From Candidatus Vogelbacteria bacterium (GTDB taxonomy: Bacteria > Patescibacteriota > Minisyncoccia > Phycocordibacterales > XYD1-FULL-46-19): a stretch of 64,000 nt of DNA. Each line of letters opens with the position of its first letter. The first letter of the stretch is position 1. The notes under the pieces are model-generated. The model was not told the origin of the DNA and did not search any database. It saw only the letters and a list, made by a program, of their open reading frames with translations. The stretch is from the NCBI GenBank assembly GCA_903878275.1, contig CAIRHC010000010.1, positions 1,604-65,603 of the forward strand, written 5' to 3'. Both the position numbers and the translations under genes were made by a program. Shown piece by piece: positions 53,950-62,451 of the stretch.

Positions 53950-54215
53950 ATTCAATTTTTAATTACTTGCAATTTTTTGGTGATATGTTAAAAATTTAAA
54001 GATTATCAAAATCAATTAAAAAAGGTCGCTCTAATTTTACTTAAATAAGCTTTTTATAAAAAAAATAAAATGGACGATGATGCTGTTCTAAAAGGGACTA
54101 GCCCTGACGATGATTTCAACGAAGAAGATGTTTTAGGCGAAGACGATTTAGATGAAGGATTAGACATAGATTTACCAGAGGGAGAAGGAGAAAGCTGGTA
54201 ATTTTTTTGGCTTTT

Positions 54216-54266
54216 AAAAACAGCCCGGATTTTTGCTAAGCAAAAATCCGGGCTGTTTTTGTTTTC
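54216..54266. terminator. Bidirectional terminator with a 20-bp stem AAAACAGCCCGGATTTTTGC-TAA-GCAAAAATCCGGGCTGTTTT
   Basis: Very long perfect hairpin with flanking A/T runs immediately after the tyrS stop. Confidence 0.85.
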
Positions 54267-54270
54267 CATC

Positions 54271-55461
54271 TTAAACTTCAATCTTTACAAAACGATGCTT
54301 CCCCACCTTAACTAGACAAGTCTTTAAAATTTCAAAAAACGGATCAGTTATTTTTTCTTCGCCGTTTATTTTAATCGAACCACCTTCAACTAAACGACGA
54401 AAATCTGAATTAGAAGAAACCACTTTTTCTCTCACTAAAACATCCATTAATTTTTCTCCAACCACCGCTTTAATTTCTTGTGCTTCGTCAGGGTTTTCTT
54501 TTTTTTGAAAAACCGACACAAAATAATCTCGAGCCTTGTCGGCTTCTTTTTTATTGTGATACATTACCACAATTTCCCAAGCCAATTTCATTTTAATATC
54601 CCGCGGATTCGCACCAGACACTAAATCCTGTTCTATTTTTTTAATTTCTACCAACGAAAGATCAGTACAAAGAGTAAAATATTTAATAATTAATTCATCC
54701 CGCAACGACATAATCTTACCAAACATATCATTTGGTTCGTCAGTAATATTTATCACATTACCCCAACTCGTTGACATTTTTCGCCCGTCAGTCCCTTCGA
54801 GCATTTGATAAGTCAAAACATCTTGCTCTGGTTGACCATAATATTTCTGAATTACTCGCCCAGCTTTAAGATTAAACAATTGATCAAGTCCAGCAATTTC
54901 AATATCCGCCTTGACCATCACCGAATCATAACCCTGCAAAAGCGGGTAAAGAAACTCACGCAAAGAAATCTCCTCGTTTTTTTCATAACGATCTTTAAAA
55001 TTCCGCCGAGCCAGCATTTGCTGAACCGTAAAACTTTCAGCAATGTCAGCAATTTCTCTAAAATTCAATTTAGCCAACCACTTACTATTGTAAACAAATT
55101 TAGTCTTTTTAAGATCAAGGATCTTACCGACATTTTTTTTATAATTTTTTATATTTTCCAAAACATTTTCTTTGGTCAACATCGGTCTTTTTCCAAGTTT
55201 ATCTGATGGATCACCAATTTGAGCGGTAAAATCTCCCAAAATAAAAACGACTTGATGACCCAATCTTTGAAAATCACGGAGCTTTCGTAAAGGAATCGCT
55301 CGTCCGAGATGGATATTGGGACCAGTCGGATCCACGCCAAGCTTCACTATCTGCGGTTTACCAGATAAAAGTTTTTTCTTGAGACTTTCTAAAACAAAAA
55401 CATCTTCCACGCCACGAGTTAAAATCTCATTAATTTTTTCTTCATTATTTAGCTTATTCAT
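54271..55461 (-). CDS. tyrS: Tyrosyl-tRNA synthetase
   Basis: From ATG 55461: MNKLNNEEKINEILTRGVEDVF..., HIGH-type PTGPNIHLG, KMSTS (KMSKS), C-terminal S4 domain. SD AAGGA upstream. The longer track ORF adds a non-homologous basic leader and overlaps the PBP gene. Confidence 0.92.
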   Translation of the reverse strand: MNKLNNEEKINEILTRGVEDVFVLESLKKKLLSGKPQIVKLGVDPTGPNIHLGRAIPLRKLRDFQRLGHQVVFILGDFTAQIGDPSDKLGKRPMLTKENVLENIKNYKKNVGKILDLKKTKFVYNSKWLAKLNFREIADIAESFTVQQMLARRNFKDRYEKNEEISLREFLYPLLQGYDSVMVKADIEIAGLDQLFNLKAGRVIQKYYGQPEQDVLTYQMLEGTDGRKMSTSWGNVINITDEPNDMFGKIMSLRDELIIKYFTLCTDLSLVEIKKIEQDLVSGANPRDIKMKLAWEIVVMYHNKKEADKARDYFVSVFQKKENPDEAQEIKAVVGEKLMDVLVREKVVSSNSDFRRLVEGGSIKINGEEKITDPFFEILKTCLVKVGKHRFVKIEV

Positions 55462-55516
55462 CCTTTTACCATAACACATATTCTCTTTTGTTACCACTTG
55501 TGTTACCATTTGTTTC

Positions 55517-57769
55517 ATGGCAAATAAACATAAAAAAATCAACTTTTTCTTGCGTCTTTTAATCGTTTTTCTTGTTTTTACCTTTGTGGCTGGTGGTTTT
55601 TCCACAATTTGGGCTATTTCACTACCAATCCCCGATTTTGAAGCTTTTTTCCAAAAAGAAGTCGCCAATAAATCCACCAAAATTTACGAGCGGACAGGTA
55701 AAATCCTTCTTTATGATGTGACCGGTATCAGGCGAACCAATGTCCCATTTTCACAAATTCCCGATGTTATTAAAAAATCAACACTCGCCATAGAAGATGC
55801 CACTTTTTACCAACACGGGGGAATTAAATTAAGTTCTATCGCTCGGGCTTTTTTGGTCAACACTTTCGCTGGTGGAGTAAAACAAGGTGGCTCAACTATC
55901 ACCCAGCAAGTAGTAAAAAACTCTCTTTTAAGTAGCGATCAAACCATTGTCAGAAAAGTCAAAGAAGCTATTTTGGCGGTCAAAATGGAAAAAACAATGA
56001 CCAAAGATGATATTTTTAATGTTTATCTAAATCAATCTCCTTATGGTGGAAATATTTATGGTGTCCAAGAAGCCGCCAAAGCTTATTTTCAAAAAGATAT
56101 TCGTGATATCGACTTAGCTGAAGCAGCTTATCTCGCCGCAATACCTAAAGCACCAAATTATTATTCCCCTTACGGTGCAAATAAAGACAAATTAGATGCT
56201 CGAAAAAATCTCGTTTTAACCAGAATGGCTGAAGTTGGTTTTATCACTAAAGACCAAATGCAAAAGGCTCAAGCCGAAAAAGTTACTTTTTATGAAAAAA
56301 TCAACCAAGGCATCAAAGCCCCTCATTTTGCTTATTATATTTTAGATCAACTGGAGAAAAAATATGACAAAGCCACCCTCGAAACGAATAGTTTTAAGGT
56401 TACCACCACTATCGACTGGCCACTCCAACAAAAAGCCGAGGAAATAGCTAAAAAATTCGGTGATTCAAATGAAAAAACCTATCACGCCCAAAACAACGGC
56501 ATTGTCGCAATTGATCCAAAAAATGGTGATATTTTAGCGATGGTTGGTTCTCGTGATTATTTTAATCAAGCGATCCAAGGTAATTTCAATATTACCACCG
56601 CTCACCGCCAACCAGGATCATCTTTTAAGCCCTTCGTTTACGCCACAGCGTTTAATAAAGGTTATACCGACAAAACTATCGTCTTCGACCTAAAGACTGA
56701 ATTTAACACCAATTGTAGCCCAACGGGCAAACCAATAACTCCAGGTGCTGTTTGTTATATGCCAGTAAACTACGATGGTTTATATGTCGGACCAGTCACT
56801 CTTAGAAACGCTCTAGCTCAATCGAGAAACATTCCCGCAATTAAAGTTTTGTATTTAGCCGGCGTTAACGATTCTCTTGATACCGCCGAAGCGATGGGTA
56901 TCACTAGTCTAGGAACCAAAAATCAATACGGTCTGACTTTGGTCCTTGGAGGTGGTGAAGTCTCTCTTCTTGAAATGACTAGTGCTTACGGTGTTTTTGC
57001 TAATGACGGCGTCCGAGTGCCGTTTGAAGGTATTCTAAAGATTGAAGATCCAAACGGTAAAGTAGTCTTCGATAAAACTATCACCCCAACAAAAGTTTTA
57101 CCACCAAATACCGCTCGTTTAATTTCTAATATTTTATCTGATGCACAAGCCCGTGTCCCCGCTTACAGTATCGATTCACCTCTTTCTTTTGGTAGCCGAG
57201 ATGTCGCCGTAAAAACTGGTACCACGAATGATTATAAGGATGCTTGGATTATTGGTTACACACCAAATATTGTCATCGGTGCTTGGGCAGGAAATAACGA
57301 CAATACACCGATGGGTAAAAAAGTGGCTGGTTATATTATTGCTCCGCTTTGGCACGCCGTAATGGCAGAAGCGATCGCCAGTCGCCCCGTAGAAAATTTT
57401 ATTCCACCAGTTGTTAATTATGACGGCTTAAAACCAGTCTTACGTGGTTTTTGGCAAGGTGGCGATATTATTTCCACCAACGCCTTTTCTACAACCACGG
57501 GTCAATCAGCTGGCACCGCTGAATATATTACTAAAAATGTTCATTCTATTCTCTACTGGTTAGACAAAAATAATCCACTCGGTCCCGCTCCAAGCAATCC
57601 CGAGAGTGATGGTCAATTCTCTTTATGGGAATATCCAATTCAAATTTGGGCTAAGAAAAATGACGCAAAAACAGAAAATCTTTTAAGAATTGGCACAAAA
57701 AGTGACATTCAAAACCAAAATGTCACTAATTCTAATTTATTTGGCTCATCAACGACAATAAGTTTTTAA
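55517..57769 (+). CDS. Class A penicillin-binding protein (bifunctional transglycosylase/transpeptidase, PBP1A-like)
   Basis: N-terminal TM. GT51 motifs EDATFYQHGGI and GGSTITQQ. Transpeptidase SSFKP (SxxK) and KTGTT. Confidence 0.9.
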   Translation: MANKHKKINFFLRLLIVFLVFTFVAGGFSTIWAISLPIPDFEAFFQKEVANKSTKIYERTGKILLYDVTGIRRTNVPFSQIPDVIKKSTLAIEDATFYQHGGIKLSSIARAFLVNTFAGGVKQGGSTITQQVVKNSLLSSDQTIVRKVKEAILAVKMEKTMTKDDIFNVYLNQSPYGGNIYGVQEAAKAYFQKDIRDIDLAEAAYLAAIPKAPNYYSPYGANKDKLDARKNLVLTRMAEVGFITKDQMQKAQAEKVTFYEKINQGIKAPHFAYYILDQLEKKYDKATLETNSFKVTTTIDWPLQQKAEEIAKKFGDSNEKTYHAQNNGIVAIDPKNGDILAMVGSRDYFNQAIQGNFNITTAHRQPGSSFKPFVYATAFNKGYTDKTIVFDLKTEFNTNCSPTGKPITPGAVCYMPVNYDGLYVGPVTLRNALAQSRNIPAIKVLYLAGVNDSLDTAEAMGITSLGTKNQYGLTLVLGGGEVSLLEMTSAYGVFANDGVRVPFEGILKIEDPNGKVVFDKTITPTKVLPPNTARLISNILSDAQARVPAYSIDSPLSFGSRDVAVKTGTTNDYKDAWIIGYTPNIVIGAWAGNNDNTPMGKKVAGYIIAPLWHAVMAEAIASRPVENFIPPVVNYDGLKPVLRGFWQGGDIISTNAFSTTTGQSAGTAEYITKNVHSILYWLDKNNPLGPAPSNPESDGQFSLWEYPIQIWAKKNDAKTENLLRIGTKSDIQNQNVTNSNLFGSSTTISF

Positions 57770-57785
57770 AAAACTTATCCTCATA

Positions 57786-57830
57786 AAATAATCCCGACTT
57801 TAATGTAGTAAAGTCGGGATTATTTTATTT
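57786..57830. terminator. Bidirectional terminator AATAATCCCGACTTT-AATGTAGTA-AAGTCGGGATTATT
   Basis: 15-bp stem after the PBP gene. Confidence 0.75.
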
Positions 57831-58077
57831 CTAATACTATTTTTTCATCAAAAATCGCTTCTATCTCTTTTAAGATTTCTTGTTTATTTAAAATAATCGC
57901 CAATTTAATCTTCGGTGAAGTTTTTAAGATTAAATTTTTATTTTTTAATTCAATTTGTTTTGAATTAACCTCTATCCCAATTTTTTGTGAAATTATTTTT
58001 ACAATTTCACTTTTAACTAATTTAGATTTATCAATCTTTTGCGCGTATTTATCTAAAAATTTACCGATTAGATCCAT
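57820..58077 (-). CDS. Hypothetical small protein (85 aa) downstream of dnaN, possibly YaaA-like (S4-like)
   Basis: Position after dnaN matches the dnaA-dnaN-yaaA order. The Lys/Ile-rich sequence has no clear motif. Confidence 0.4.
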   Translation of the reverse strand: MDLIGKFLDKYAQKIDKSKLVKSEIVKIISQKIGIEVNSKQIELKNKNLILKTSPKIKLAIILNKQEILKEIEAIFDEKIVLEIK

Positions 58078-59193
58078 CTATTTATTGATTGGCATAATAA
58101 TATAGCGGAAACTTTGGTCGTGGTTTTTTTGAATCAATAATGGTTTGTTTTTATCGGAAAAATTAAACATAATATCTTCTTTATTTATTACTGCCAAACA
58201 ATCAAGAATATATTTTACATTAAAACTAATATCAATTGGCTCGCCTTTTATTTTTGTAATTAAAGAAATATCATTATCCCCCACATCTTGATTACTAGAT
58301 TTTATTTCCAAAAGATTTTCTGCTGGCACAAGATGTAAATCAATTTGATTAAATTTATCAGAAAAAATATTGGAAAGTTTCAAGACATTCATTATTTCAT
58401 CTTTTCCGATAATTAATTCGGTTTTAAAAGTCGACGGCATAATTTGTTTATAATCAGGATAAACACCGTCAATAATCCGTGAGGTTAGGTGAATTGAATC
58501 AGAAAAAATCGAAATTTGGTTTTTATTGGAGTTTATTTTAAGATTTCCTTCAATATTTTCGAAAATTCGGTTAATTTCAGTGATATTCTTCAAAGGGATA
58601 ATCAAGGAATTTATCTCACTATTTTTTTCTTTGATTGTAATTTTTTTCTCGGCTAAACGAAAAGAATCAGTCGCCACAAAAACCAATTCATTATCTAGCG
58701 CATAAAGATAAACACTAGAAATTTCTGGTTTAATATCAGAGATTGCTCCAGCAAACATTACCGATTTTAAACCAGCAATAAAATCAGTGCCTTTTATATT
58801 AAAACTGTTTTCATTTTCCACTCGCGGAATAATCGGAAAATCTTCAGCTGCAAAACTTTTTATTGTGGTATTAGTCGATGAAGTGGAAATTTTTAAATTA
58901 TTGTTATCGGACGATAAGACAACTTTGTTTTCATTATTTATGTTATTTAAAAAATTTGCCAAAACTTGCGCATTGACCGCTACAATTCCATCTTCTTCCA
59001 CCTTGGCTGGTAATTCTATCTCCAAACCAATTTCTAAATTTGTCGCTTTTATATTTAAAACTTTATTTTTCGCTTCCAATAAGACAGTTGATAAAATCGG
59101 CAAGGTTAGATTTCTACCAGTCACCTTTTCAGCTAAACCAATCGCTTCTTTTAATTTATCTTTTAGGCATTCGATCTTCATAGTAGTATTCAA
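58078..59193 (-). CDS. dnaN: DNA polymerase III beta sliding clamp
   Basis: 371 aa, three-domain clamp pattern. N-terminal MKIECLKDKLKEAIGLAEKV...LPILSTVLLEA. Confidence 0.9.
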   Translation of the reverse strand: MNTTMKIECLKDKLKEAIGLAEKVTGRNLTLPILSTVLLEAKNKVLNIKATNLEIGLEIELPAKVEEDGIVAVNAQVLANFLNNINNENKVVLSSDNNNLKISTSSTNTTIKSFAAEDFPIIPRVENENSFNIKGTDFIAGLKSVMFAGAISDIKPEISSVYLYALDNELVFVATDSFRLAEKKITIKEKNSEINSLIIPLKNITEINRIFENIEGNLKINSNKNQISIFSDSIHLTSRIIDGVYPDYKQIMPSTFKTELIIGKDEIMNVLKLSNIFSDKFNQIDLHLVPAENLLEIKSSNQDVGDNDISLITKIKGEPIDISFNVKYILDCLAVINKEDIMFNFSDKNKPLLIQKNHDQSFRYIIMPINK

Positions 59194-59434
59194 TAATTAG
59201 TTTTTTGTATAAATTAAGACTTTTTATTATTAGTAGTTGTGGATATGTGTATAAATCTATTTTAGCTTTATTTATAAGGTGTTTATTGGTGAATATTTTT
59301 TGATAATTGTGGGTAAAATTGTTTATTATTGATTATTACTTTTTATCTTTAAATATTTTTTAATTTACTTAACATTTTATTAATAGTTTTTACACAGGGT
59401 TATTAAATGGTTGTTAACATATTTATCCACAAAT
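59194..59434. promoter_or_regulatory. Candidate oriC: DnaA-box cluster and AT-rich unwinding region between dnaA and dnaN
   Basis: Boxes TTATCCACA (59423-59431, 9/9), TTGTGGATA (59237-59245, reverse complement, 8/9), TGTGGGTAA (59308-59316, reverse complement TTACCCACA, 8/9), plus the >80% AT stretch CTTTTTTATCTTTAAATATTTTTTAATTTACTTAACATTTTATTAATAG. Confidence 0.6.
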
Positions 59435-60802
59435 TTAAGAGTTATAAATAAGTGAACGAATTTGGTCTATCTCTTGGGTTAATAAATTATCGGTCTTTAT
59501 GTCTTTCTTGATTTTTTCATAAGCGTGGATAACAGTTGTGTGATCTCTTCCGCCGAGCTTTTGACCAATATACGGATAAGAAGTACTAAAATCCTCTCGG
59601 AGAATATACATAATAATTTGTCGTGGTTTGACCACCTCTTTTCGGCGGGTTTTTTCGTAAATAATTTTTTCTTCAATGTTGTAATAATTGGCGACAATAC
59701 TGGCGACATCCTTGATAGAAATAGTCTTCTTTGGCTTCGTACTGTTCTTGATTAAGAGTTTAACCTCTTGGATAGAGAGAACCCGCTTTTTGGTTTGAAT
59801 TTGGCATATAAGCGAATTTAGAGCCCCTTCGAGTTCACGAATACTGTCTTGAATAATCGAGGCTAAATACTCTAAAACCTCTTCATCAATAGTCACACCA
59901 CTTAATTTAATTTTAGTCTTTAGAATCGCTAAGCGTGATTCATAATCAGGCTTAGAAATATCAATAATCATTCCCCCTTCAAAGCGAGACCTCAATCTTT
60001 CCTCTAGGTTTGGGATAAATTTAGGTGATTTGTCTGATGAAAAGATAATTTGCTTGTTGTTTTCGGAAAAATTATTAAATAAATGGAATAATTCCTCTTG
60101 GAATTTTTCTTTATTGGAAAAAAATTGGACGTCATCCATTATTAATAGGTCGTAACGGCGATATTTTTCTTTAAATTGGTTTGGGCGGTTGTTTTGAAGG
60201 GCGTTTAGGTAATCAATGCCGAAATTTTCGGAGGTAACATAAAAAACGTTCTTATTTGGGTAGTTATCTTTAATATAATTGCCTACCGCTTGAATCAAAT
60301 GGGTTTTACCGAGGCCAGTACTACCATAAATAAACAGCGGATTGTAAATCATCCCAGGATTTTTGATAATAGCTTGGGTGGCAGCGTAAGCAACGTCATT
60401 AAATGACCCGACTAGGTAGTTATCGAAGGTATATTTTGGGTTTAAATTGTTTTCTTTGTTGATATAAAGGTCTTTTAAGCCTAAATCATTTGGGTGAGCG
60501 GTCTTTATTGAGGTGTCGTCATCTTTTGGTTTGGAATGATCGTCGATTTTTATGATTACATATTCAATAGACCTTATTTCCGAGTCTAATTCTCGTAAGG
60601 CTTTTATGATAAACTTGTGATATTTGTTTGATAGCCAGTCTTTAACAAAAGCATTGGGCACGCTAATGAACACAACCCCCTCCTCGTTCTTTATTATATG
60701 AGTATGCTTGAACCAAGTACCAAAGCTGGCTTTCGAAATCGTCAATTCTATTTCATTCAGAGCATTGTCCCAAAGTTTTTTGTTATCGATGAGGCTCTCC
60801 AT
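59435..60802 (-). CDS. dnaA: Chromosomal replication initiator protein DnaA
   Basis: Walker A GSTGLGKTHL, LLIMDDVQF, sensor motifs, C-terminal DNA-binding domain KLGGRDHTTVIHA. Confidence 0.95.
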   Translation of the reverse strand: MESLIDNKKLWDNALNEIELTISKASFGTWFKHTHIIKNEEGVVFISVPNAFVKDWLSNKYHKFIIKALRELDSEIRSIEYVIIKIDDHSKPKDDDTSIKTAHPNDLGLKDLYINKENNLNPKYTFDNYLVGSFNDVAYAATQAIIKNPGMIYNPLFIYGSTGLGKTHLIQAVGNYIKDNYPNKNVFYVTSENFGIDYLNALQNNRPNQFKEKYRRYDLLIMDDVQFFSNKEKFQEELFHLFNNFSENNKQIIFSSDKSPKFIPNLEERLRSRFEGGMIIDISKPDYESRLAILKTKIKLSGVTIDEEVLEYLASIIQDSIRELEGALNSLICQIQTKKRVLSIQEVKLLIKNSTKPKKTISIKDVASIVANYYNIEEKIIYEKTRRKEVVKPRQIIMYILREDFSTSYPYIGQKLGGRDHTTVIHAYEKIKKDIKTDNLLTQEIDQIRSLIYNS

Positions 60803-60999
60803 AGTGTTTAATTATTCAGATTATATTAGCTGTGGATAATAATAGCAAACTTTACAAAATTGTTTATAACTAGTGGATTAGTTTAATTAAAAGATTGAAA
60901 TTTGAATTTTAAATAAAATATTTCCACCCAGTATTTTAGGTCTAGATATAAAGTTTTTGGCTCTTGATTAATTTAGAAATTTGGTCTATAATCTCAAAT
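60803..60999. promoter_or_regulatory. dnaA-rpmH divergent control region with a DnaA box and a candidate rpmH promoter
   Basis: TGTGGATAA at 60828-60836 (reverse complement TTATCCACA, 9/9). TTGATT-N17-TATAAT at 60964-60992 places a TSS at about the rpmH ATG. Confidence 0.5.
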
Positions 61000-61140
61000 A
61001 TGTCATTTACCTATAAACCAAAGAATAAAAAGCGAGCCAGAACTCATGGTTTTTTGGCTCGGACCAAGACTACCGCCGGACGCAACGTCATTAAGCGACG
61101 AATGGCTAAAGGTAGAGCTAAACTCACTGTTTCGGTGTAA
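61000..61140 (+). CDS. rpmH: 50S ribosomal protein L34
   Basis: 46 aa [46 protein letters not shown]. Too short for the ORF track. Confidence 0.9.
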   Translation: MSFTYKPKNKKRARTHGFLARTKTTAGRNVIKRRMAKGRAKLTVSV

Positions 61141-61169
61141 AGTGAGAATTATAAATTTCTCCTCGTTGC

Positions 61170-61253
61170 CACCTTTTTAGGGTACAGATTTTTTGAAGCT
61201 TAAAAAATCCTGAAGTTTTCGGCTCGACAGCCTCAAAACCCCCTAAAAAGGTG
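61170..61253 (-). repeat. 84-nt structured repeat element, copy B (inverted relative to copy A), in the rpmH-rnpA spacer
   Basis: Plus strand CACCTTTTTAGGG-[core]-CCCTAAAAAGGTG is a perfect 13-bp outer stem. It extends to ~18 bp with GTTGC...GCAAC. The core is the reverse complement of copy A's core with 3 substitutions. Confidence 0.75.
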
Positions 61254-61292
61254 CAACCACGTCAAAATTTATAATTCCCAATTAAAACCAAA

Positions 61293-61649
61293 ATGTTACC
61301 TAAGAATAGACGAATAAATAAACAATATTTTGCTGAAATATTGCCTAAAAGTGCCTTTTTGGGATCTAAAAATTTTAGTTTGCGTGTGTCCCCTATTAAA
61401 ACGTCTCACTCTAGTAACAAAAGCCAATTTGCTTTTGTTGTTTCAGGGAAGATGTTTAAAAAAGCCGTTGATCGTAATATAATAAAGAGACGTTTTAGAT
61501 ATTTAATCGCTAAAAACTTAAAAAATATCAAAGACGGTTATTATTTTATCTTTATTGGCGGAAAGACCGTTTTAGCGGTAAAATACAAAGATCTAGAGCA
61601 AGAGGTGTTGTTTTTATTAGAGAAGCGTAATTTTTTACAAAATGTTTAA
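61293..61649 (+). CDS. rnpA: RNase P protein component
   Basis: MLPKNRRINKQ...FAFVVSGKMFKKAVDRNIIKRRFRY is the RnpA RNR-motif region. Confidence 0.85.
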   Translation: MLPKNRRINKQYFAEILPKSAFLGSKNFSLRVSPIKTSHSSNKSQFAFVVSGKMFKKAVDRNIIKRRFRYLIAKNLKNIKDGYYFIFIGGKTVLAVKYKDLEQEVLFLLEKRNFLQNV

Positions 61650-62382
61650 TACATTCTTATTTAATCCCCTTTATAACTGCCTAATCTTTATTATCAATAT
61701 GGTGCCAGGTGGTGATATTGGTATTGCGATTATTATTTTGACGATTTTGGTGCGACTAGTGATTTTACCTCTCTATATTAAGTCAATTCGGATGCAGATG
61801 AAAATGAAGGAAATTGAGCCGATTATGGCGGAAATTAAGATTAAGTACGAAAAAGACAAGATGGAGCAATCTCGGCAGATTATGGAACTGTACAAGAAGA
61901 GTAAAATCAACCCATTTATCACTTTTGTGGTCTTACTTATTCAGTTGCCGATAATCTTGGCTCTATTTTTTGTTTTTAAAGATAGTTTTGTTATTCACAA
62001 GGACATAATTTACTCATTTATCAATATTCCAACCAATGTTAATCAGCAATTTTTAGGTTTTATTGATATTACGGCTAGTAAAAACTACTTTTTGGCGGTG
62101 ATGACCGGTTTGACTCAATATATTCAAATGCAATTTGCGCTACCGAAACCAGCCAAGAAAGATCCAAACAGTAAAAATCCATCTTTTAAAGATGATTTGG
62201 CTCGCAGTATGGATATTCAGATGCGCTATGTGATGCCTATTATGATTATTTTTATCTCGATTGGTTTGCCAGCAGCCATTTCTATCTATTGGGTGACTAG
62301 TAATGTTATCGCGACGGTTTTTGAGATAATTATCAAACGGAATATCAAAAATAAGAAAGAAGATGTTGTCTCGGTTGTTTAA
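61642..62382 (+). CDS. yidC: Membrane protein insertase YidC/Oxa1 (short form)
   Basis: 246 aa. Conserved TM2 region ILTILVRLVILPLYIKSIRMQMKMKEIEP. 8-nt overlap with rnpA. Confidence 0.85.
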   Translation: MFNTFLFNPLYNCLIFIINMVPGGDIGIAIIILTILVRLVILPLYIKSIRMQMKMKEIEPIMAEIKIKYEKDKMEQSRQIMELYKKSKINPFITFVVLLIQLPIILALFFVFKDSFVIHKDIIYSFINIPTNVNQQFLGFIDITASKNYFLAVMTGLTQYIQMQFALPKPAKKDPNSKNPSFKDDLARSMDIQMRYVMPIMIIFISIGLPAAISIYWVTSNVIATVFEIIIKRNIKNKKEDVVSVV

Positions 62383-62390
62383 TTGATTAA

Positions 62391-62445
62391 AAAATACCGG
62401 TCGGATTTCACACTTGTGAAATCCGACCGGTATTTTTTTTTGATT
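62391..62445. terminator. Bidirectional terminator with a 23-bp stem AAAAATACCGGTCGGATTTCACA-CTTG-TGAAATCCGACCGGTATTTTT
   Basis: Long perfect hairpin plus T9 after yidC. Confidence 0.85.
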
Positions 62446-62451
62446 ATTACT

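Noticed and set aside
54069-54203. Apparent small acidic peptide (MDDDAVLKGTSPDDDFNEEDVLGEDDLDEG...) upstream of the tyrS terminator
   Set aside because: On re-reading the line junction at 54120/54121, the sequence is ...TTCAACG GAAGAAG... with an extra G that I first dropped. The ATG-initiated frame stops after 28 aa. The acidic stretch lies in another frame reachable only from a weak internal ATG (30 aa). It is not supportable as a gene.
54054-54281. Track ORF of 75 aa on the minus strand
   Set aside because: It runs through the 20-bp terminator hairpin and is Ser/Pro low-complexity. It is antisense to the acidic stretch and unlikely to be a real gene.
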